Both the position numbers and the translations under genes were made by a program. From Callorhinchus milii (taxonomy: Eukaryota): DNA of 64,000 bases. The stretch is taken from NCBI RefSeq assembly GCF_018977255.1, contig NW_024704743.1, forward strand, positions 101,620,001 to 101,684,000, read 5' to 3'. The notes under the pieces are model-generated. The model made no database searches. It was not told where the DNA came from and saw only the letters and a program-made list of their open reading frames with translations. How positions within the stretch are numbered: the stretch's first letter is position 1; every line of letters starts with the position of its first letter. This document shows, one piece after another, positions 1 through 12,420 of the stretch.

Positions 1-3000
1 CAACCCTGGTACCATCCTGGTAAATCTCCTTTTTACCCTCTCCAATGCCTTGACATCTTTCCTAAAGTGCCCAGCACTAAGCATAATATTCTAGCTAAGG
101 TCTAACCAGTGTTATATAAAGGTTCATCATAACTTCCTGACTTTTGCATTCTAGGCCCCTTTTGCATTCACCACCATTCTCTGCTTTCTGTCTCCCAGCC
201 AGTTCTATATCCATGCTGCCACTGTCCCTTTAATACCGTGGCTTTTATTTTGCTTACAAGTCTCTTATGTGGCACTTTATCAAACGCCTTTTGAAAATCC
301 ATATAAACTACATCAACTGCACTACCTTCATCCACCCTCTCTGTTACTTCATCAAAAAAACTCTATCAGGTTTGTTAGACATGATTTGCCTTTAACAAAT
401 CTGGGTTGGCTGTTCTTTATTAACCCATATTTTTCTCAGGAAAAAATTATTTTGTCCTGGATTATAGTCGCTAGAAGTTTTCCCACTACTGATGTTAGGA
501 TGACTGGCCTGTAGTTCTCCGATTTATCCTTCTGCCCCTTTTTGTACAGGGGAGTAACATTTGTAACCCTCCAGTCCTCTGACACCACCCCAGTGTCCAA
601 GGAGGATTGAAAGATTGTGGTCAGAGCCTCCGTTATTTCCATCTTTACTTCCCTCAGTAACCTAGGATGCATCCCTTCCGGACCGGGTGACTTATCTACC
701 TTAAACACCGACAACCATTTTAGTGCCTCCTCTCGGTTTTTTCTTATCTTATCCAATATCTCTACCCTCTCCTCTGATACTGTGGTATTGATTACATTTT
801 CTTCTTCTGTGAAGACAGATACAAAGTATTCATTCAGTATGTCAGCCATGCCCTCTGCCTCCACAAGAAGATTTCCTCTTTGGTCACTAATTGGACCCAC
901 CCTACCTTTGACTAACCCTTTATTCTTTATATGCTTATAAAATACCATAGGGTTCCCTTTTATGTTATCTGCTAATCTTTTCTCATACAATCTCTTTGCC
1001 CCTCTTATTTTCTTTTTCAGTTCTCCTCTGTACTTTCTATATTCTATTTGATTATCTTCTGTATTTTGCACCTGCCATTTATCATAAGCCTCCTTTTTAT
1101 GTTTTACTTTAATCCCAATTTCCTTAGTCATCCAGGGAGTTTTGGATGTCCTGCCTTTCCCCTTTGTGGGAATGTATTTGTTCTGTCCCTGAACTATTTC
1201 CTGCTTGAAGGTTTCCATTGCTCATTAGCTGTTTTACCTGACAATCTTTCTTTCCAGTCCACCTTGACTAGGTCGTTTTTTAACTCACTGAAATTGGCCC
1301 TCTTCCAGTTGAGTATCTTCACCTTTGATTGTTCCTTGTTCCTTTCCATAAGTACTCTAAACCTATTGATGTTGTGATCACTGTTGTCCAGATGCTCTCC
1401 TACTGAAACCTGCTCCACTTCATTCCCCAGAACTAGATCCAGCACAGCTTCCTTCCTCATTGGGCTGGAAACATACTGATCCAGAAAGTTATCCTGCACA
1501 CATTTCAGGAATCCTTCCCCCTCCTTGCCCTTTACACTGTTATTTTGTCAGTCTGTGTTAGGATAACTGAAGTCCCCCATTACCACTACTCTATTGGTTT
1601 TGCATCTTTCTGAAATCTGCTTGCAGATTTGCTGATCTATCTCCTTCCCACTATTTGGTGGTCTGTAATATATACTTAACAGAGTGCAGCTCCTTTTCTG
1701 CTCCTTAACCTTAACCAAATAGGTTCTGTTTCAGACCATTGCCTCTGTTTTTGGTCCCTTTCCTGGGCCGTATCCATGTCTTTAAACAATATTGTCACAC
1801 CCCACTCCATTTTTTACCTCCCTATCCCTCCTGAATATATTGTAGCCACAAATATTCCCATTCCTGCCCTTGTTTGAGCCAGATCTCCATTATTGCTACT
1901 GCATCATAAGCCCATGTGGCAACTTGAGCCTGCTGCTCATCAATCTTATTTGTCACACTCCGTGCATTTACACACTTGCACTACAAGACCGATTGAGTCT
2001 TCTCTGCATTTTTCCCCTGTCTAATCCCTCCTTTATTGGACTAGTCCTTATTACATTGCTATTCGTGGAGTCCTGTAGCTCAGTGGTTAGAGCTCTCATT
2101 TTGCAAGTGAGAGACCTGAGTTCAATTCCAGGCAGGGCGAAACCTTGGGCAAGTTTCCTTACTCCACACGTCGAATAATAATCCCTCCAAAACCCAAAAC
2201 AATAATAAATTGGTCATTTTCAATCTACGCCTGTTTGTGGGACATTGCTGTGCGCAATTGGCTGCCGCGTTCACCCACAAATATACAGTCAATTCACTTT
2301 ACAGTGTGTTCTGTGAAGCGCTTTGGGAGGTCCTCCTGACGTGAAAAGCGCTATATCAAATGCAAGGATTATTATTATTATTATTCATCTCTCCCAGTCC
2401 TCTATGTAACTTGCTTCCCCTCCTTGATGCTATATCCTGATTCCCTTCCCCCCTCGAAATTAGTTTAAAACTTTGCCCATAGCGCTAGTTAACCTTCCTG
2501 TGAGGACATTGATCCCAGTCCTGTTTTGGTGTAACCCCTTCACCATGTTCAGGTTCCACCTGCCCCAGAACTGGTCCCAATGTTCCAGGAACCTGAAGCC
2601 CTCCTTTCTGCACCATTTATCCAGCCGTGTATTCATGTGCTTGATCCTGCTGTTTTGATAATCACTTGCACGAAACAATGGGAGCAATTCAGAGATCACC
2701 ACCTTTGAGGTCCTATTCTTTATCTTTTTCCATTGCTTCTGATATTCTCCCTGTAGGATCTCAGCCCTTTTTTCCCTGACATCATGGATCTCAACATGGA
2801 CAACAACTTCTGGATGTTTCTCTTCCCCCTGTGGGATGTTTAGTACCTATTCCATGATGTCTTCAACCCTGGTACCAAGGAGGCAACATACCATGCGAGT
2901 GTCACGTCTTTGGTTGCAGAAACATCTGTCTACTCCTTTCACCATTGTGTTCCCAATGACAATTGCATTGATACTCTTCCCTGTGTCCCCCTGTGCATCC

Positions 3001-3900
3001 ATTTGCTTTTGACTCCTTTCCCCAACAGTGTCATCACCCTCACTGATATTCAGTACAGAGAACCTGTTTGTGAATGCCACACACTCAGGGGATTTCTGCA
3101 TTTCCTACCAAGCCAGGTGGTCACCCACCCACTCTCCTTCTGAACCTTCTATGACTGTGGGGTGACCACCTCCTGAAACATTCAATCCATGAACTCTTCT
3201 GCCTACCGTATGCTATGCAGCTCAGGGTTCTTGAGCTTGAGGAGAGACTTACATATTTTATAATTATGCACCTCTTTCCCACTCGTACCAGCCTCTCTTC
3301 AAGCTCAGAAACCCTGAGCTCAAGCAGCCAGAGGCACTTCCTACACATGTTTATCCAGGGCACACAAAGCGTCCTGGAGTTCCACATGGCACACATTGTG
3401 CATGCAGCCAATCTCAGCTGCCCTGCCATATTTCCAGATATGTTTTATATTATTTTAATATAACTTTTACATATTTTATAAATATGCACTCTTTCCCACT
3501 CTAACCAAATTCCTTAACAGAATTATCACTCTGCTCTACCTCAATCAGTTCCCTTTACTGTACTGCTGGGCTCTTTGCTCAAGTGAGGCTCTTGCAAGTC
3601 CTCTGCTTTATATAGGACTCAAACAAAAACACCCAGTTTTGACTAGTCAGCAAATTTATTAATCCCAACACCTGATCTGTGGTTAACTGCTAATCGACTT
3701 GTTTGCCTGCTTACATATATGGTTGCCTCTACGTTGAGAAAGATTTCCCACTCATCTGCTGAATGAAAGAGTTCTCTCTTGGTCTCTGGCATCTCTCTTA
3801 GTGAAGAATTCCCACTCTCACCAAATTCCTTAACAGATTTCTCACTCTGTTCCCCTTCACTCAGTTCCTTCCTCATGTTGCTGGGCTTTCTGCTCAAGTT
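1..3900 (-). mobile_element. Degenerate CR1-clade LINE (5' region, ORF1 with SGNH esterase-like motifs, ORF2 endonuclease to RT N-terminus); continues beyond window start; split by a SINE
   Basis: Minus ORFs 436..1218 (KSPGPEGMHPRLL, NYRPVILTSVVGK), 1194..1499 (LDLVLGNE...SDHN endonuclease end), 2460..2702 (GFRFLEHWDQFWGR...GLHQNRTG), 2847..3429 (Cys-rich, LELRVSELEERL); many stops and frameshifts. Confidence 0.85.
2067..2386 (+). mobile_element. tRNA-derived SINE with partial Deu-like body and L2-like 3' tail, near full length
   Basis: A box TAGCTCAGTGG, B box GAGTTCAATTCC, body CTGTTTGTGGGACATTGCTGTGCGCAATTGGCTGCC, tail GCGCTATATCAAATGCAAGG(ATT)n; probable TSD TATTCGT/TATTCAT; close copies at 16010 and 44170. 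Confidence 0.9.
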
Positions 3901-4944
3901 CTAACAGTTAGCAAGTTACAGAACAATCAATATCAAAGATTAAAACAGGAGTAAAAGAGCAAATTTTGAAGCATCATCAGCTTTATGATAAGAAGCATTA
4001 CCGAGGCTCAGTGCCTTGCAATGGAGCAGCAAGCCAATGGCTTACCTGAGGATAATGAAAAGAAAAGAAGCAGCTTGTTTTCCTGTCACTTTTTTCTCTG
4101 TTTTCTCTCTTACTCTCTTGCCAACCTCCTGGTTCTCACTGTTGCTCTATATGCCTGGATTTATAGAGCTTTTAGAGCTTCACTTACATCATGACTAATG
4201 GGTGTAACTATGATGATTTATGTAAAGACCGAGAAGTACAACATTGTGAATAAACACAAAAAAGTTTCTGGTAAGTAGTGCTGTGTTGACAAAACCTTTC
4301 AAAACTTGCTCCATAGCATTGCAAGCATTGACCTTGTTCCTGTTATATAAAAAAATCTGTTTTGTAATCCCTTTAGGTCAGCCCTTATAGCGTTTAGATA
4401 TATTTAGAATTGAAGATGTAATCTGTTTTACTGTCACTGTTGGTAATTTACTGCTGTAGCTCATGTATATTCTTGATGAAAATTATTTGATTCTGTCTTG
4501 GCTAATTAAGAAAATACCTGGTTCAATTGTTTTAGACTCAAGTCACTGAAGTATTGTTTATCGTTCTATGGAGAAGATGGACACTGTATTTTAGTAGTTA
4601 GTCCATGCTGAATTGATAATCCTAAAGTAAATTTATGAATAATAAAATTTGTGTTACCCAAGAGATAATGCACAGTAAACATATCGAGACTGCTCTGTTT
4701 ACGAGAGTTGTGAGAAAAAGTTAAATGAAAACTTCACCAAAAGTGTGTCATAACCTAATTGGAAGCAGGAGAAATTCATATAATTTTGTAACATTATCCC
4801 AAACCTACTTCATTTTTCTTTTCCTCAGACCTGCTTTGGACATAAAAAAAATCTACAAGTTTATAGGAAAAAAAATCTATTACTCCTTTCAACCTTCTAT
4901 GAAAACTTTATAAAATCTATAACTCCAATGCATTGCTGTGGGAG

Positions 4945-5218
4945 AGGCATTCAACCAAGGTCCTGTCTGACAGTTCAGGTAGACTTTAAAGATCCCATGG
5001 CACTATTTGAAAAGAAAAGGAAGTTTCTCCCTGTATTCTGGACAACAATCCCCAAATAAAATTGTTCACTCACTCTATGCCTGTTTGTGGTACATTGCTT
5101 TGTGCAAATTGGATGCCCTGTTCTCCTGCAGTCACTGTACTTTACAATAAATCCTGTGAAGTCCTTTGAGATATCTTGTTGACATGATGAAGAATTATAT
5201 CAAGTCCAAGGATGATAA
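4945..5218 (+). mobile_element. Old DeuSINE-like fragment
   Basis: CAGGTAGACTTTAAAGATCCCATGGCACTATTTGAAAAG...CTGTTTGTGG...TGTGCAAATTGG resembles the Deu domain as recalled; related copies at ~18770, ~22580, ~23800, ~63810. Confidence 0.7.
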
Positions 5219-5930
5219 GATCTTCTTGGATTTTCTCAATTGAAGTATGTTCCACTATGGTTGTGTCAGTAAATTCAGCTGAATCACTTGTGGTGATCCG
5301 AGGGCCTGAAACACCACCTGGTCTTGGTTTGAAGACAATTGCCTTAAAAAGTAAGATCATGCAGAATATTGGCAGATACATTTAGTCTTAAATGTAGCCT
5401 GTGGTTATTAAGAGGATAAGAGAAAAACTGGTTTCTAAATTAAGTGTGAATTTGAGGCTTTTCCAAAATTCTGAATCGTGTTAGATTTTAATTCAGTGGT
5501 CTTATTTTTCATAAACTTTTAATTTGATATATCACCTTTGAAGTCAGGAGGATGTCCCAAAGCACTTCACAGGGTTTATTGTGAAGTGGAGTGACTGTGT
5601 ATTTGTAGGCAATTGTAGCAGCTCCATAATTCATAGTAATGTCTCACAAAGAACGATGAAACAAATGACCAATGTATTTGGAGGACTATTGGCCAGAACA
5701 CTACGAGAACCTCCTTTCTCTGCTTGGGAGAAACTTAAATCATGACTGAAGCTCTGCCTTCTTCAAATCCAAAACAAAGGGCTTCTTTCATTGATATTAA
5801 CTAGAATGTAGCAAACTAATGACATATGGAAGTAAGGTGCATGTGAAAGTTATTGCACTTTTATTTGCATTCATCTGAAATCTGAAGCTCGCTTTCAAAT
5901 TAACTTTTGGGATTTGATCCAACACTCATT

Positions 5931-6675
5931 CATAAGAACACAAGAATTAGGAACAGGAGATTCGGCCCCTCGAGCCTGCCCCGCCATTCAATAAGATCAT
6001 GGCTGATCTATTCTAACTCCACCTACCCGCCTTAGCCCCATATCCCTTAATCCCTTTATCCACAAGAAATCTATCAATCTCAGTCTTGAATATGTTCAAG
6101 GACTGAGCATCTACAGCCCTTTGGGGTAGAGAATTCCATAAATTCTCTCTGAGTGAAGAAGATTTTCCTCAGCTCAGTGCAAAAGGGCTTACCCCTAATT
6201 TTAAGACTGTGACCTCTGGTTATAGTTTCTCCAACCAGGGGAAAAAGTCTCCCACTATCTATTCTGTCGTGCCCCTTTATAATCCTATAGGTTTCTATAA
6301 GATCACCTCTAATTCTTCTATATTGCAGAGAATATAGGCCTAAATTGCTCAACCTATCCTCATAACTCATCCTCCTCATCACAGGTACCAACCCAGTGAA
6401 TCTACGTTGTACACCCTCCAAGGCGAGTACATTCTTTCTTAAATAAGGAGACCAAAACTGCACACAATACTCTCGGTACGGTCTCACCAGGGCCCTATAC
6501 AGTTGCAGCAAGATTTCCCTACTCTTATATTCTAACCCTTTTGTAACAAATGCCAACATACCGTTAGCCTTCCTAATTGCTTGCTGTACCTGCAAACTAA
6601 CTTTTTGTGACTGGTGTACAAGGACACACAAGTCCCTCTGAACGCTAACACTATCTAGTCTCTCCCCTTCTAAAT
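5931..6675 (-). mobile_element. 5'-truncated CR1 LINE 3' end
   Basis: ORF 6080..6712 (LLQLYRALVRP..EYCVQFWSPY, RGDLIETY, TRGHSLKI); TTCTTRTG-type tail at 5931-5946. Confidence 0.9.
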
Positions 6676-6739
6676 TTTTTTTTTTTTTTTTTACACAGCT
6701 GGGCTTCACCAAGTATTGATAAAAGACTCAAAGCTGGGG

Positions 6740-7150
6740 AAGAGGTGTCCGTCTCACTGAAACATTGCCTGTCTCTGCAACTACCTCTCCCATCGAGCAG
6801 CCATGATCTGAATCCACGCTTTTATCACATCCATATTTGTCACCCCCATCCTCACCCGGCTTCACTGGCTCCCTATCCCCTATCAGATTGAGTTCAAGAT
6901 TCTCATTCACACTTTTCAATCCCTCCACGGTCTCGCTGTACACTACCTCACCAAATGTCTTAACCAAACTATCCCGGCCACCTATTCACACGCTTGCTTC
7001 ATATCCCTGCCATATCCATTGCATCATCAATGATCGGGCTTTCAGCCATTCTGGCACTTCTTTTGGAACTTCATCCCAGCGACCTTCTGACTGATTCCCT
7101 TCCTCATCTCTTTCAAGACAAGTCTCAAAACTTGTTGTGTTATAGGTCCA
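6740..7150 (+). mobile_element. Decayed L2 LINE 3' fragment
   Basis: TCACCCCCATCCTCACCCGGCTTCACTGGCTCCCTATCCCC...TTCAAGATTCTC (TPILTRLHWLPI..FKIL) shared with the other L2 copies. Confidence 0.7.
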
Positions 7151-8023
7151 GCTGGGATACAGAAATTATAATAGGTTAGGCCATATACAGGAATATACAT
7201 ACAGGTATAGCTACTGCACCAAATGTAAACACATGACAGCTGTCCTCTGAAGGTTAACCATTGTTGCATTGGTCACATCGGGGTTCAGGTCAAGTTCCTT
7301 GTTCAAATATGCTGGATTTTACCATAATAAAAGTTGAGTAAAAGGCTTTCAGTAAATCTGTTAATTCCCAAACCTGATGCGTTGTCCTTCATCCCTCTTG
7401 AGTATTGCCTTACAAAGCTGAACCTTCTGACTTTTTGGTAAATGCCAGTTTTATTTACAGGAAATTAACATCAAATAATGTTTCAACAGATGAATATCTT
7501 AGATAAGGTCAGTCAGGTATTAGAGATCAGAAAAGAACACCTGACTTGAACATCTAGATAAGTAAACAGAACAAGAGGACACAGGTTTTGAGTTGCCAAG
7601 TGCAATTTCAGGACAGACACCAGGATGTATTTCATAACCCTGACAATAATTAACTACTGCAACATGTTACCAGAAAGAGTGGTTAAAGCCAGGTTGCTTG
7701 ACACATTTAAAAAACAGCTTGATGCTGTGATGTGATCGGAGGGTTGGTATGGTGTGTGTTCTAAAAAGATGAGATCAAAAAATGAAATAATATCAGTGAA
7801 AGAATCCCTTTATTTTGAACTTGAAGAAGGCAGAGCTTCGGCCTTTGTTTTAAGTTTCTCCCGAGCAGAGAAAGGAGTTTCTCGTAATGTCCTTGACAAC
7901 AGTCCCCCAGATCCACCTGGTTGTTCATTTCATGGTTCTTTGTGGGACATGGCTTTGTATAACAATAATATGAATATGAATAATATTAATAATAATAAAT
8001 CTTGCATTTGATATAGAGCGTTT

Positions 8024-10921
8024 CATAAGAACATAAGAAATAGGGGCAGGAGTAGGCCATTCAGCCCCTCGAGCCTGCCCCACCATTTAACAAGATCATG
8101 GCTGATCTACTAACCTAATTCCATTTACCAGCCCTATCCCCATATCCCTTAAACTCTTTAGTTTTTAAAAATCTATCAATCTCACTCTTGAATATGTTCA
8201 ATGACTGAGCAGCCACTGCCTTCTGGGGTAGAGAATTCCATAAATTCACTACCCTCTGAGTGAAGAAATGTTTTCTCAACTCAGTTCTAAAGGGCTGACG
8301 TTTAATCCTGAGGCTATGACCCCTAGTTTTAGATTCTCCAACCAGGGGAAACTGTCTCACACTATCTACCCTATCAAGACCCTTAAGAGTCTTATACGTT
8401 TCTATAAGATCACCTTTAATTCTTCTACATTCTAGAGAATATAGGCCTAGTTTACGCAACCTTTTCTCGTAGGTCAACCCCCTCATTCCAGGAACCAACC
8501 TAGTGAACTTACGTTGCACCCCCTCTAAGGCGAGTATGTCCTTTCTTAGATAAGAGAACAAAACTGCACACAATATTCCAGGTGCTGTCTAACCAAGGCC
8601 CTATACAATTGCAGCAAGACTTCCCTACTGTTGTACTCTAACCTCTTTGCAATAAACGGTATTAGCCTTCCTAATTGCTTGCTATACCTATATACTAACT
8701 TTCTGTGATTAGTGTACAAGGACACCTAAATCCCTCTGAACACTAACACTATCTAGTCTCTCCCTCTCTGGAAAATAATCTGCTTTTCTATTCTTTCTAC
8801 CTAAGTGAATAACTTCACACTTCCCCACATTATACTCCATCTGCCACCTTCTTGCCCACTCATTTAACCTGCTTATATCCCTTTGCATCCTCCATGTGTC
8901 CTCCGCACAGCTTACTTTCCCACCTAGCTTTGTATTGTCCACGAATTTAGATACATTAAGCTCTATTTCCTCATCTAAATCATTGATGTAGACTGTAAAC
9001 AGTTGAGGCCCAAGCTCTGATCCTTGTGGCACTCCACTAGTCACAACCTGCCAATCTGAGAAGGACCCGTTTATCCGTACTCTCTGTTTTCTGCCTGTTA
9101 ACCACTCTTCAATCCATGCTAATATATTACCCTTTATTCCATGAGCCCTAATCTTATGTAACAACCTTTTATGTGGCACCTTGTCGAATGCCTTCTGAAA
9201 ATTCAAGTACACTATATCCACTGCTTCCCCCATCTAACCTGCTCGTTACATCTTCAAAAAACTCTAAAAGATTTGTTAAACACAATTTCCTTTTCATAAA
9301 ACCGTGTTGACTCTGCCTAATCATATTATGACTTTCTAAGTGACAATGTCCCTAATTATAGTCTCTAGAATTTTCCCCACCACCGATGTCAGGCTAATTG
9401 GTCTATAGTTCTCCATTTCTTCTCTCCCACCCTTCTTAAATAACGATGTTACGTTTGCGATCTTCCAATCAATGGGAACCGTTTCAGAATCCGGAGAATC
9501 AAAAACAATGCATCCACTATCTCTGCAGCCACCTCTTTTAAAACCCTTGGATGCAGGCCATCAGGTCCAGGGGATTTATCAGTTTTTAGTCCCATCAATT
9601 TCTCTGGTACTATTACTTTTCTGGTATTAATTTCTTTAAGTTCCTCACTAACATTAATCTCTTGGTTCCCCACTATTTTTGGTAAGCTTTTAGTATCTTC
9701 CAACGTGAAGACAGAAGCAAAGTATTTGTTTAATGACTCTGCCGTTTCTTTATTCCCCATTATAATTTCTCCTATCTCTGCCTGTAAGGGACCCACGTTT
9801 ACTTTTGTTAATCTCTTCCTCTTTATATACTTGTAAAAGCTCTTACTATCTGTCTTTATAACTCCAGCTAGTTTACTCTCATATTCCATTTTCTCCCTCT
9901 TAATCAGTTTCTTGGGTTAACCTTTGCTGATCTCTAAAGCCCTCCCAATCCTCAGGTTTACAGCTCTTTTTGACAATATTATAGGCCTATTCTTTTAATA
10001 TTATACTTTCCTTAACTTCTCTAGTTAGCCATGGTTGAACCACTTTTCTGGGGAATTTTTATTTCTCAAGGGAATAGGCATTCGCTGGAAATTATCTAAT
10101 AGATCTCTGAACGTTTTCCATTGCTTGTCTACCATCATATCTGTTGATTTACTTTCCCAGTCTATTTTAGTTGAATTGTCCCTCATACTTGCAAAGCTGG
10201 CTTTATTTAAGTTTAAGGATCTTGTTTCGGACCTAACTACATCACTCTCAAACTTAATATTAAATTCCATCATATTATGGTCACTCTGTCTTAACTTCAA
10301 GATTACTGATTAGACCTGCTTCATTACACAAGATCTAGGATCGCCTGTTCCCTGGTTGGTTCCTCAGCGTACTGTACTAGAAAACAATCTCTAATGCATT
10401 CCATAAACTCCTCCTCTAATTTACTTTTGCCAATTTGGTTTTCCCACCTTATATGAAGATTAAAATCACCCACTCGTAATGTATTACCCTTGTTACATGC
10501 TCCTCTAATTTCCTGATTAATAATCTGTGCAATACTATAACTGCTGTTTGGGGGTCTATAAACTACTCCCACTTGTGTTTTCTGACCCTTGTTGTTTCTT
10601 AGCTCCACCCTTACTGATTCTACATCCTGATTTTTTGACTAAAGATCCTTCCTCTCTACTGTTTTTATCTCATCCTTTATTTACAGGGCTACACCTCCCT
10701 CGTTTTCCATATTGCCTATGTTTCTTATATGTCAGGTACCTGGAATGTTTAGCTCCCAAGCTTGGTCTCCCTGTAACCACGTCTCTGTAATGGCTACTAG
10801 ATCGTACTTGTTTATCTCTATTTATGCAATTAATCTTGTTACGAATGCTTCATGGATTCAGATACAGCGCCTTTAATTTTGACTTTTTACTATTTCCCCT
10901 ACTCATTAATGCCATATTTTC
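8024..10921 (-). mobile_element. ~2.9-kb CR1 LINE ORF2 (endonuclease + RT), frameshifted, inserted into a SINE
   Basis: Minus ORFs 10324..10608 (VGVVYRPPN, GDFN), 9449..9889 (KSPGPDGLHPRVL), 8709..9233 (FQKAFDKVPH, GVPQGSELGP, FVDNTK), 8115..8573; tail (TTCTTATG)2 at 8024-8039; TTTCAT at both junctions. Confidence 0.92.
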
Positions 10922-12192
10922 TTTCATGTCTTCTAGACATCTCAAAGCGCTTCACAGAATATACTGTAAAGTGAATTGACTATATATTTGTGGGCGAAAC
11001 GAGGTAGTCAATTATGGGTCTGCCACGTTTGCCTCCAAAACACAGTCACTCCACTTTTCAGTAAATCCTGTGAAGTGCTTTGGGACGTCCTACTGACTTG
11101 AAAGGCGCTACATCAAGTGAACAGATTATTATTGTTATTATTATTATTATTGAGACCATTGACTTAAAATGTAACATAGTTACAGATTTTTTAGCTACAG
11201 ACGTGCAGCCCCATAATGCACAGATGCTGTTGAAATCTCTCAACTTTGCTGCCTCATTCTCTGCTTTCAAACCCCATCTAAAAACCTCTCTCCTTGTCCA
11301 CGCTTATAGGCATCAATCCCCCACTCTTCCCAATCGCCTTCCCATCTTTGGTCACGTTCTGACTTTGTAAAGTATTTGAGATGTTGCCCTTGTAAAAGTG
11401 CTGTGTAAGTGTAACTTAGTTCATATTCTCACTCTTCTGTGGGGCAATTTCATTAGTGATCACTTCAAGAAGAACAATCTGTAGGGCTGTCAGCCCAATG
11501 AAAGCAAAGATAATCCAGACAAATAACATACAGAGGAGGCTTTCCTTAACTAAGCACATCTGTTTAGTGTGAGATTTTCACTCACAACTAATTTAGTAAA
11601 GCTACAATAAAAATATTTTGAAATGCTTTACAGTAAATTATCTCAAGTGAGACGTCCTCCTAACATGAAAGGCCCTGCATCAAATGCATCAATATTATTA
11701 TTAATTAATATTTTCTTTCAGAGTTACAACAGATGATGGACCATCTTGGCTGATTCACAAAGGATGTGGCTATGGTCACTCATCTCAGACTGTAGTTGTT
11801 GATGCTGATCACATGTCAGATTGATGGAGGGTATGTGACAATCAAATCAATACAAAACAAATTTACATTTTATAGCACCTTTCGTGTCAGAAGGACCTGC
11901 CAAAGAGCTGGATAATCCAGAATTTGGACCCGAGCTGGGCGTGAGCTGGGGTGTGGGGGCGAGTGGGATGGGTGAAACAATGTTGAAAATGCAGTTAAGA
12001 ACAAATCAAAGTGAATATCAAGAATAAGATTATAATATTCACAATTTTCTTTATTCTCCAGGTGGTGGAGTGAATGGAAGAACAGTGGAAGTTTTTTGCA
12101 TGAGTTGGTGGTTCAAGATATTCTGAATTGACGGACAACTGTCATCATGCTGCAGGCAGAATGATATCTTGCGATTAAGAGCAACATGCTTC

Positions 12193-12417
12193 AACAACAA
12201 CTTACACTTATATAGCACCCTCCACGCAGGGTTGAGTCTCAGAGGGTTTAACAGCCTGACTCCGAGCCGGGGGCAGGTGGGAGGTGGCCGTAAGCACGGT
12301 TCAAGAGGAAAGTTTTCAGGTGGGACTTGAAAGAAGGGAGAGAGGGGGAAAAGTGGAGAGATGGAGGGAGAGTGTTCCAGAGTTTTGGGGCGTAGTGGCT
12401 GAAAGTGTGACCTCCGA
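12193..12417 (-). mobile_element. Short 5'-truncated L2-type 3' end, present only in duplication copy A
   Basis: (TTG)n tail on minus strand; CTTCA at both junctions; empty site CGCTTCAGAATAG at 17224-17236. Confidence 0.75.
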
Positions 12418-12420
12418 CTT

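Noticed and set aside
2067..2140. tRNA-Ala(TGC)-like genes at 2067, 16010, 29903 and 44170
   Set aside because: Each runs into the same SINE body and tail with no proper acceptor stem; they are SINE heads
436..10608. RT/endonuclease ORFs as an active or domesticated gene, or a novel RT system
   Set aside because: All are fragmented by stops and frameshifts; the RT catalytic motif at 8709..9233 is degraded (FVDN); ordinary CR1 relics
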